Source of the DNA: Cyclobacteriaceae bacterium HetDA_MAG_MS6
GTDB lineage: Bacteria; Bacteroidota; Bacteroidia; Cytophagales; Cyclobacteriaceae
Direction: 5' to 3'
Assembly: GCA_019192485.1 (NCBI GenBank)
Contig: JAHCMJ010000001.1
Span: 1-56,942 of the forward strand
DNA: 56,942 nucleotides
How positions within the stretch are numbered: the first letter of the stretch is position 1; each line of letters begins with the position of its first letter. A model generated the notes under the pieces. It made no database searches. It saw only the letters and a list, made by a program, of their open reading frames with translations, and was not told where the DNA came from. Positions 1 to 7,163 of the stretch are shown one piece after another. The position numbers were made by a program, and so were the translations under genes.

Positions 1-348
1 GTCACCCGCCTTGAAGTAAACGCCTTCTCTCAACTTGAACCCTAAGTCCAAAACCCTGCCCTGTACCTCCGCATGGATATTGGTCTCATTTTTCGCAATT
101 ACTCTACCACTAATTGGCAGAGCCACCTTCCTGTCAATTCCCTTCACTTTCAGAAGGTCAAGGTTTTCCTTTTTCAAAGTGAATGTTCCGGTTGTGGCTG
201 CTGACTGCTCAGTAGGCTTCGAAGCCTCCTCTTCAGCGGTGGTTTCGTTGCCACTAGGTTTGAACTGATATGATATCAAACCCATACTAACTACAATTCC
301 CAAGACAATGAGAATGACGGACCTGGTCCTTTTACTTTTTGCTTTCAT
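1..348 (-). CDS. Efflux transporter periplasmic adaptor subunit (HlyD/membrane-fusion family), N-terminal 116 codons; the gene runs off the left edge
   Basis: Absent from the ORF track because it has no stop in the window. A reverse-strand ATG at 348-346 opens a frame that stays open to position 1: MKAKSKRTRSVILIVLGIVVSMGLISYQFKPSGNETTAEEEASKPTEQSAATTGTFTLKKENLDLLKVKGIDRKVALPISGRVIAKNETNIHAEVQGRVLDLGFKLREGVYFKAGD. It has a basic N-terminus, one TM anchor, then the GRV..N...I.AEV.G.V......EG..FKAGD lipoyl-hairpin pattern typical of MFPs. The + strand ORF 35..268 is its antisense shadow. Confidence 0.7.
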   Translation of the reverse strand, partial: MKAKSKRTRSVILIVLGIVVSMGLISYQFKPSGNETTAEEEASKPTEQSAATTGTFTLKKENLDLLKVKGIDRKVALPISGRVIAKNETNIHAEVQGRVLDLGFKLREGVYFKAGD

Positions 349-363
349 GTATTTTCAATTTTG

Positions 364-1479
364 CTAATGACTATTAGTCATTTTTAGTGTATAAGAATAA
401 TTTGATTGATTTTGATGCTCATGTAATTGATTTATTGATTTGTAAATAGTGAGTCTTTGCACTTTCCCGATCAGGAACACATCCTCCACTTTCTCAAAAC
501 TACCTAGCATGGTAGTGGAGAAAAGCTTGCTGTAAAATGCTTCACTAAGGAGTAAATCGGTTTGATAATGATGGCATGAATCTAAAATTCGAGAGGTTGT
601 ATTCAGTACATCACCATGAAAAGCCGTGTGAATGATGCGTTGTCCTAGCTCCGACTGCGTAACGGACCCACCGTGTATCGCACCCTTAAATGTTGGCACT
701 AGTCCGTAAGCAGCTAGAAAATGGGCCTTTTTCTCAACTACCAACTCTTTGAATAACTCAAATACTTTTAATGCATTAGAGCAAGCACTGCGGTCATTAA
801 AATCCCAGTGCAATACTGCTTCATCACCAACATATTGATAGACTTCTATATTTTTCGCCCCTATCAAAACTTTGTCCAGCAATCCAAAGCAATCCCTCAA
901 TAAGCTGCTGTACGTTTTGCTATCTAGACGTTCGGCGATCGTTGTAGAATCGTTAAGATCTAAAAACATAAAACCTCTATCGACGGTCTGCGGGTAATAA
1001 ATGATTTTAAATAAGTAGGTGAAAGTCTTTCTCAGGCTTCCAAACCTTTGTCTCAGATTGAGTGTCGCAAGAATAAAGGAGGCCAAAACGAAATGATACA
1101 TGGATAAAGACAAGAAGGTGGTACTGGAAAAATAAGTCAGTGAATTCCATTTTGATGATCCGGGATAGAACACGTGGATCATTAGCAAAATACCTGTGAA
1201 AAATGCCGCGATCGAGAAGCATTGTACCAAGAATTCAATCTTGATAACTCCGGTATTGAGCACTGTCGACGATCTTGTTAGTTTTCTTATCCACAGTGTA
1301 GCATACATCGTGAAGAAGACTGCGATATTAGAACTAGTTAAAATTTGGAAGAAAGTCATGTCTCCATGCGCCCAATTGATAGCGTCCCCCTCACTCCCCA
1401 GATACCACAAGCAGAAATACAAGTCAATACCGACGAGATAGATGAGAAGGACTGGGATATATGGAGTGATTTTAATCAT
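364..1479 (-). CDS. Membrane-anchored class III nucleotidyl (adenylate/guanylate-type) cyclase, about 4 TM helices plus a C-terminal cyclase homology domain
   Basis: 371-aa ORF with an ATG start. The N-terminal 170 aa are hydrophobic (about 4 helices). The C-terminal half carries class III motifs: FMFLDLNDST (metal Asp 1), YVGDEAV (metal Asp 2) and GDVLNTTSRI (transition-state Asn...Arg). Confidence 0.85.
   Translation of the reverse strand: MIKITPYIPVLLIYLVGIDLYFCLWYLGSEGDAINWAHGDMTFFQILTSSNIAVFFTMYATLWIRKLTRSSTVLNTGVIKIEFLVQCFSIAAFFTGILLMIHVFYPGSSKWNSLTYFSSTTFLSLSMYHFVLASFILATLNLRQRFGSLRKTFTYLFKIIYYPQTVDRGFMFLDLNDSTTIAERLDSKTYSSLLRDCFGLLDKVLIGAKNIEVYQYVGDEAVLHWDFNDRSACSNALKVFELFKELVVEKKAHFLAAYGLVPTFKGAIHGGSVTQSELGQRIIHTAFHGDVLNTTSRILDSCHHYQTDLLLSEAFYSKLFSTTMLGSFEKVEDVFLIGKVQRLTIYKSINQLHEHQNQSNYSYTLKMTNSH
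366..382. promoter_or_regulatory. Putative TetR-type operator, site 1 (AATGACTATTAGTCATT, perfect 8+1+8 palindrome)
   Basis: Read directly from the sequence. It overlaps the cyclase stop codon and lies 18 nt upstream of the adaptor ATG at 348. It is one of three near-identical copies within 1.8 kb. Confidence 0.5.
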
Positions 1480-1480
1480 T

Positions 1481-1497
1481 ATTGACTAATAGTCATT
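1481..1497. promoter_or_regulatory. Putative TetR-type operator, site 2 (ATTGACTAATAGTCATT)
   Basis: Its reverse complement, AATGACTATTAGTCAAT, matches site 1 at 16 of 17 positions. It sits in the 34-nt gap between the tetR stop (1514) and the cyclase ATG (1479). Confidence 0.5.
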
Positions 1498-1513
1498 TAT
1501 TGGATAAATTTTT

Positions 1514-2125
1514 TTAGAGACTTATTCCTTTCGTGATCATTTCTGAAAAACCTTTTATCATTTGCTGTGTACTGATCTCATGATGGTTTTTTAATAACTT
1601 CTCTTTGCTTTCTACAAACTGAACAACTCCCACAGAGCACGCCCATATGATGTAAGTAATCATGTCAGATGAGAGGTCTTTTTTAATTTCTCCCTTTTCT
1701 TGGCCTTCTGCAACGACATGGTTTACCATGTTCGTTATCTCCTGGCTTAGTTTCAGGTAATTTGACATATTGATTTCGAAATCAGGACGCTCCATATAAG
1801 AGATCAACTCGAAGTATTGAGGGTAAACCCGATAATAATCATATGAACTTTTGCAAATAGCCTTCACCTTTTCCACGCTACTCTTTTGCCCGCCGACAGC
1901 GGTGTGAAAGTGGCTCAGCAGCATAGAAAGCGCTTTGTAACCCAGATCGGCCAGCATTTCATCTTTGTTCTTGTAATAGTTGTACACAGTGCCTTTTGCA
2001 ATCTTTGCCCGATCAATGACTCGATCTATCGTAAAATGCTCAATCCCCATTTCTAGCAAGACCAAATCCGCAGCTGCGATGATCTGACTTTTCCTAAATT
2101 CCGGTGTAGCTCTTTTTCTTACCAT
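1514..2125 (-). CDS. TetR/AcrR family transcriptional regulator
   Basis: 203 aa. The N-terminal HTH signature is FTIDRVIDRAKIAKGTVYNYYKNKDEMLAD, followed by an all-helical ligand-binding half. ATG start. Confidence 0.9.
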   Translation of the reverse strand: MVRKRATPEFRKSQIIAAADLVLLEMGIEHFTIDRVIDRAKIAKGTVYNYYKNKDEMLADLGYKALSMLLSHFHTAVGGQKSSVEKVKAICKSSYDYYRVYPQYFELISYMERPDFEINMSNYLKLSQEITNMVNHVVAEGQEKGEIKKDLSSDMITYIIWACSVGVVQFVESKEKLLKNHHEISTQQMIKGFSEMITKGISL

Positions 2126-2132
2126 TTACGAT

Positions 2133-2153
2133 TTAATGACTATCGGTCATTAA
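2133..2153. promoter_or_regulatory. Putative TetR-type operator, site 3 (TTAATGACTATCGGTCATTAA)
   Basis: The core at 2135-2151, AATGACTATCGGTCATT, matches site 1 at 15 of 17 positions, and the outer arms are extended by TT/AA. It lies 10 nt upstream of the tetR ATG, in the 141-bp divergent region shared with the photolyase-family gene at 2267. Confidence 0.5.
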
Positions 2154-2266
2154 TGACATAGACCAAACTGCCCTATGCCAGGAATTGTTTGGTACATCTG
2201 AAAAAAACTAAAAACTTTTTGCTCAAACAGCAGGTAAATCATGCTCAACATCTTATGTACTACTGA

Positions 2267-3739
2267 TTGCAAGCTATCAATATTGTATGGTTCAAGAGAG
2301 ACCTTAGGTCAAAAGATCATGAACCTTTGGTCAGGGCGATTGACTCATCTCTCCCCACCTTGCTCATTGCCTTCCTTGAGCCTAGTCTTATGAGGGCCCC
2401 TCAAAGTGATGAGAGGCACTGGAGATTTTTTTATGAATCTGTGGTAGACTTGAATAAAACACTTAAAAAACATGATCTCCAAGTATTGCTGGTTACGGCT
2501 GAGGTGTTGCCCACTTTTCGGACTCTTTTATCTTATCATCATATCGAAAACATCTTTAGTCATCAGGAAACGGGAATTCGACTGACCTATGAACGAGACA
2601 AAGCGGTCAAAAAGTTTTGTCAAGAAAATGGCATTAACTGGCTAGAAACGCCCTATGCCGGAGTGGTTAGGGGTATAAAAAAAAGAAACAACTGGCCCAA
2701 ACACTGGTACGCCTCTATGAGCTCCGCTATTATTGATCCGTCTTTGGAGAAGCTCAAGCCACTGGAGCTAAGTCCTGAACTTGCTGAGGCTTTGGATCAA
2801 AATCCAATACCTCAAGAAATCTCAACCAAGTACGAGGCATTTCAACCAGGAGGTGAATCTAAAGCTCTGGTTTACTTAGAATCGTTTTTGACCGAACGTG
2901 TCAATAACTATAACAAACACATCTCCAAACCTGATCTCAGCCGCCGAAGCTGCAGTAGACTTTCGCCGTACCTCGCCTGGGGCAACTTGTCTATGAGGCA
3001 GGTTTATCAAGCTTCATTGGAAGCTAAATCAAAGTTGCAGGACAAAAGAAATATTAACGCGTTCATGTCTCGGCTTCGGTGGCACTGTCATTTCATCCAG
3101 AAATTTGAGATGATGGATCGATACGAAACAGAAAACATCAACCCGGGATACAACGACATCCGACAGGATTGGGATGATGAACTTTACTTGAAATGGGAAA
3201 AAGGACTTACCGGTTACCCATTGATTGACGCTTGTATAAGATGTGTCCGAGCAACAGGGTACTTAAACTTTAGGATGAGGTCCATGCTTGTTTCGTTTCT
3301 GACGCATCACCTATGGCTCCATTGGAAAAGGGGAGCGGATTTTCTGGCAAGCCAGTTCCTGGATTTCGAGCCGGGTATACACTATGCTCAGTTTCAGATG
3401 CAGGCGGGAACTACAGGATACAATACCGTCAGAATATACAACCCCGTGAAGCAATCAATCGAGCACGACCCGGAAGGCCATTTTATTCGAAAATGGCTAC
3501 CCCGGCTAAAGGAAGTGCCTACTCCGATGATCCATGAGCCGTGGAAAATGACTGCTTTCGACCAGGATCTCTACCAGGTTAGGATCGGTCAAGACTATCC
3601 GGCACCCGCCGTGAACATCACGGAGACCTACAAAGCCGCCTCCAGAGCTCTTTGGAGTAAGAAAAAGCAAAAGGAAGTAAAAACCCATGCGAGAAAAATA
3701 TTAGCGAAGCAAGATGAAGCAGATCGACCAATTGACTGA
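2267..3739 (+). CDS. Cryptochrome/photolyase family protein (divergent FAD-binding paralogue, class not resolved)
   Basis: 490 aa with a TTG start. N-terminal photolyase signature IVWFKRDLRSKDHEPL. FAD-domain motifs include SRLSPYLAWGNLS, TGYPLIDACIRCVRATGYLNFRMRS, RIYNPVKQSIEHDPEGHFIRKWLPRL and HEPWKM. Confidence 0.9.
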   Translation: MQAINIVWFKRDLRSKDHEPLVRAIDSSLPTLLIAFLEPSLMRAPQSDERHWRFFYESVVDLNKTLKKHDLQVLLVTAEVLPTFRTLLSYHHIENIFSHQETGIRLTYERDKAVKKFCQENGINWLETPYAGVVRGIKKRNNWPKHWYASMSSAIIDPSLEKLKPLELSPELAEALDQNPIPQEISTKYEAFQPGGESKALVYLESFLTERVNNYNKHISKPDLSRRSCSRLSPYLAWGNLSMRQVYQASLEAKSKLQDKRNINAFMSRLRWHCHFIQKFEMMDRYETENINPGYNDIRQDWDDELYLKWEKGLTGYPLIDACIRCVRATGYLNFRMRSMLVSFLTHHLWLHWKRGADFLASQFLDFEPGIHYAQFQMQAGTTGYNTVRIYNPVKQSIEHDPEGHFIRKWLPRLKEVPTPMIHEPWKMTAFDQDLYQVRIGQDYPAPAVNITETYKAASRALWSKKKQKEVKTHARKILAKQDEADRPID

Positions 3740-3995
3740 ATCGGTAAAAGACAGGATCATCGAGATGGCTTGGGAAGACCGAACTCCCTTCGATGTTATT
3801 TACAAGCAATTTGATTTGAGTGAATCAGAGGTCATTAAGCTGATGAGGAGGGAAATGAAACCTTCGAGTTTTAAGATGTGGCGGAAGCGTGTGCAAGGCA
3901 GAAAAACAAAACATGGTGCTAAATCAGTTTCACCACATCGTTTTAAATCCAGCAGACAAAGAATCATCTCCGGCAACAAAGTCAGCAAAAGATGA
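3714..3995 (+). CDS. TIGR03643/DUF2805-like small protein (photolyase-associated, function unknown)
   Basis: 93 aa. I recognise the hallmark [53 protein letters not shown] from this family, which is frequently adjacent to photolyase genes. It overlaps the upstream gene by 26 nt. Confidence 0.75.
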   Translation: MKQIDQLTESVKDRIIEMAWEDRTPFDVIYKQFDLSESEVIKLMRREMKPSSFKMWRKRVQGRKTKHGAKSVSPHRFKSSRQRIISGNKVSKR

Positions 3996-4123
3996 AGAAA
4001 CCACACTTACCTCAGAAGGAATGTCCGGTATGCGGGAGATCATTTGCATGGAGGAAAAAATGGAAGAACGTCTGGGCAGATGTCAAGTATTGTAGTGAAA
4101 GGTGTAGAAGAAGGCGAAAATGA
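3992..4123 (+). CDS. DUF2256 zinc-ribbon protein (43 aa)
   Basis: Not in the ORF track because it is under 60 aa. Translated by hand: [43 protein letters not shown]. It has the CPVC...YCSERC four-Cys pattern typical of DUF2256. Its ATG overlaps the upstream stop as ATGA (3992-3995). Confidence 0.75.
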   Translation: MKKPHLPQKECPVCGRSFAWRKKWKNVWADVKYCSERCRRRRK

Positions 4124-4130
4124 TAGTAGA

Positions 4131-5426
4131 TCATCGACCTCCTAACCATTGACTTCTGTAGGCACCGTCCGCATCATATCTTTCAGCTTGGTTTGGCACG
4201 TTAAAATGCCTGTTTTCCCGAGGATCATTACCCACACCTGCTACATAGGCCCAGTTACCCCAATTGCTGCAAGGATCGTAGTCCAGCAACAACGACTCAA
4301 AATAGCTTGCACCCAATGTCCAGTCTACTTTCAGGTCTTTCACCAAATAGCTAGCAACATTCTGACGGCCACGGTTAGACATAAATCCAGTAGCATTCAG
4401 CTCTTTCATATTGGCATCGACAAAAGGTTCGCCTGTCTCTCCCTTGGTCCATTTATGAAAATCTTCAACAGAACCCGGATAATCACCGGTAACACGCTTG
4501 ATACCTGATCGCCGAAAAAGGGCTGCTCCATATTTACAGCCAACAAATCGAAAATAGTCTCTCCAAATCAACTCAAAAACTAGCCAGTAAGTAGATGAAT
4601 TTTTAATTATTTCTCTCTCGTATTTTTTTACTTCAAAATATACAGACCTTGGTGAAATACATCCCAAAGCCAACCAAGGGGACAGTTTAGATGAGTAATC
4701 GGCTCCCAACAGCCCATTTCGGGTTTCTTTATATTCACTCAGCGATCGGGTTTTGAAAAAATAATGATTGACTCTATCCCAGACAGCTTGTTCTCCTCCC
4801 GTAAATGTGAGTACCGCTTTCGGATGATACGAGGGTTCGGATAATCCCAAAGATTGCCAAGATGGTAGGTCTCCGGGGTCCACAGAAGTGGTTGCTTTCA
4901 AGCTAATATTCATATCTACGGTTGCCCGGACCTGCGACTCCTTCTCGACCCGTTTACGAAATTGGGTAAAGACGTCGGGTAGTCTCTGGATGGGAAAAGG
5001 CAGATCATCGATATGATACAACGTATGTTGCCAAATGGTTTGTAACTCTATACCCGTCCTCCAAAGTGCACGCTCTACCATTTTTTCTTGATGAACCTCC
5101 TCAGGTGCTGCTTCTTTACTCACTAGCACCTTCTGCACCTGAAGCAGTTCTGCTAACCAAGGTATGATCTCTTCAGGTTTGCCTAATCGAATGATAAGTT
5201 GGCCACCTATCCTTTTTATCTGCGACCTTAGGTCTTTGACCGATTCTAGCAAAAATTTTGCTTTGAATGAACCAGTCTTAGGATGACCTAAAACAGTTTG
5301 TCTGAAGGCAGCTTCATCAAAACAAAAAATCGTGAGTACCTCATCGAAGTTTTCCGTAGCATGTCTCAGGACAGCATTGTCCTTTACCCGAAGATCATTC
5401 CTAAACCATACCAGCGCTCTACTCAT
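4131..5426 (-). CDS. Cryptochrome DASH
   Basis: 431 aa. Motifs: LVWFRNDLRVKDNAVL, KETRNGLLGADYSSKLSPWLALGCISPR, ELIWRDYFRF, TGEPFVDANMKELNATGFMSNRGRQNVASYL, DYDPCSNWGNWAYVAGVGNDPRENRHFN. Confidence 0.9.
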   Translation of the reverse strand: MSRALVWFRNDLRVKDNAVLRHATENFDEVLTIFCFDEAAFRQTVLGHPKTGSFKAKFLLESVKDLRSQIKRIGGQLIIRLGKPEEIIPWLAELLQVQKVLVSKEAAPEEVHQEKMVERALWRTGIELQTIWQHTLYHIDDLPFPIQRLPDVFTQFRKRVEKESQVRATVDMNISLKATTSVDPGDLPSWQSLGLSEPSYHPKAVLTFTGGEQAVWDRVNHYFFKTRSLSEYKETRNGLLGADYSSKLSPWLALGCISPRSVYFEVKKYEREIIKNSSTYWLVFELIWRDYFRFVGCKYGAALFRRSGIKRVTGDYPGSVEDFHKWTKGETGEPFVDANMKELNATGFMSNRGRQNVASYLVKDLKVDWTLGASYFESLLLDYDPCSNWGNWAYVAGVGNDPRENRHFNVPNQAERYDADGAYRSQWLGGR

Positions 5427-5502
5427 ATTTCAGATCCTTTGGGAGTATAAAAGAATGCTGATCTGAAATGTTTTACCGATGTTGGGCTTCTAAAAAGCCT
5501 CT

Positions 5503-7002
5503 TTATTGGTAGGTCACTTTCTCAATAAAGGTCTCTGCCAAATCAAAAATGCGTGATCGCTTATCATCAGACATCCTGTCGAGGGTAGAGGTCATCATGG
5601 ACATGCGAGGATTGGACTCAAACATGGATCGGTTATTGGCTATAAATCTCCAATACAAACCATTCAGAATTTCCGACCAATCCCCCTTTTTCCGGTAGTT
5701 ACTCATTTTCAATATATAATTCGAACCACCGATGTAAGGTTTTGTGGCGAAGATACCGCCATCGGCATATTGACTCATTCCATAAACATTTGGCACCATC
5801 ACCCAGTCTGCGGAATCCACATACATCTCCATAAACCACTGGTAGACAACATCCGGATGTATCTCACACAGCAGCATGATGTTGCCGAGAATCATGAGAC
5901 GTTCAATATGGTGCGTATAACCATGATCAATAGCTTTTTTGATACTATCATCCAGCGGCGGTATGCCTGTCCCGCCTGTATACCAGCAAGATTTCATTTT
6001 ACGGGTATGGTCAAAAAAATTTCCTCTGAGTGCTTCTTCGTGGTTACGATAAACACCACGGACAAACTCCCTCCAACCTACCACCTGACGGATAAAGCCC
6101 TCCACACTTGGAAAATGGATGTCTTGCTCTTCAGCGTACGCCAATACATCATCTACAATTTCTTCTGGAGTGATAAGCCCCATATTGAGGTAAGGAGAAA
6201 GTACTGAATGAAACAAAAATGCTTTCTCATCATGTATCGCATCCTCATATGGACCAAACTGCTGAAACCTTGATTTGAGGAAGCCTTTCACCAACTCCAG
6301 GACCTGTTCACGTGTAGTAGCCCACTGAAAATTTTCAGTTTTGCCCGGATGATCGGGAAAGAGCTGATCAACTAGCTCCTTCACGTCCTTAGTATGGACG
6401 GTGGTATCGAATGATGGTATTTTAGGGATTTCCACCCCTTTTGGCAGCTTCTTTCTATTCTCTTCGTCAAAAGACCACTTACCCCCTATTGGCCCATCTT
6501 CCTCATCTATCAAAATATCCAGTCGACGTCGTTGCCACTGATAAAAGGTATGCATAAAAGGCTTTTTTACATGTCTTTCATACACTTTATACTCCGCCTG
6601 TGTAGTCATGAAAGCCGGTGACTCGACGACTTCCAGTGTGATTTGATGCGCCTGGCAAAAATTCTTGATTCGCTCATTGAAAAAATGATCTTCTATCACA
6701 TAAGTCACTATTTCCGTAATTTCATAGTGCTTAAGTGTGGCCAATAGTTTGTCTTCATAGGACTCTTGCTTCTTCTTGTAGTCAAGATATTTGTATACCA
6801 CTTCCCAATCTTTACGGAGTTGGTCCGCATGGGATCGCATGGCAGATAAAAACAAAACCAGCTTGTGTTTATGATACTTGAAATGCGTGCATAAGGACTT
6901 GTCCTCCGCTATAAAAAACAAAGTTTCCTGATCAGGTTTGAGCCGATGATGATTGGGAAACAAACAATTACCTAAAATAAGAGCAAGTCTTTTGAACGGC
7001 AT
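5503..7002 (-). CDS. Cryptochrome/photolyase family protein of the COG3046 / FeS-BCP (prokaryotic 6-4 photolyase, PhrB/CryB-like) lineage
   Basis: The track ORF starts at a TTG (7011). I prefer the ATG at 7002, which gives MPFKRLALILGNCLF and matches the N-terminal LILGDQL pattern of the family. Other motifs: HHIERLMILGN, EWVMVPNVYGMSQYADGG, KPYIGGSNYI, LYWRF. Confidence 0.88.
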   Translation of the reverse strand: MPFKRLALILGNCLFPNHHRLKPDQETLFFIAEDKSLCTHFKYHKHKLVLFLSAMRSHADQLRKDWEVVYKYLDYKKKQESYEDKLLATLKHYEITEIVTYVIEDHFFNERIKNFCQAHQITLEVVESPAFMTTQAEYKVYERHVKKPFMHTFYQWQRRRLDILIDEEDGPIGGKWSFDEENRKKLPKGVEIPKIPSFDTTVHTKDVKELVDQLFPDHPGKTENFQWATTREQVLELVKGFLKSRFQQFGPYEDAIHDEKAFLFHSVLSPYLNMGLITPEEIVDDVLAYAEEQDIHFPSVEGFIRQVVGWREFVRGVYRNHEEALRGNFFDHTRKMKSCWYTGGTGIPPLDDSIKKAIDHGYTHHIERLMILGNIMLLCEIHPDVVYQWFMEMYVDSADWVMVPNVYGMSQYADGGIFATKPYIGGSNYILKMSNYRKKGDWSEILNGLYWRFIANNRSMFESNPRMSMMTSTLDRMSDDKRSRIFDLAETFIEKVTYQ

Positions 7003-7163
7003 TCCTATCAAATTTCAAAGGAAACCGCACACACTCAGCTTATGTTTTGAAGTCTAAAGTGTTTTGACTTTTTGTATTCATGAGAAAAAACTTCTTCCAA
7101 TTTTTCCTTCAACATGAAGAAGAATCCATAAAAACAGTCTGATAAAAACTTTTCTTTAGATAT

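Noticed and set aside
35-268. 77-aa + strand ORF at the left edge
   Set aside because: It lies fully inside, and antisense to, the open reverse-strand frame that encodes a recognisable efflux adaptor N-terminus.
364-1479. The idea that the cyclase is part of a cyclic-nucleotide antiphage system (Pycsar/CBASS-like)
   Set aside because: No effector with a cyclic-nucleotide-binding, TIR, patatin or other effector domain is adjacent. The neighbours are a TetR repressor and an efflux adaptor, so the sequence gives no support for a defence role.
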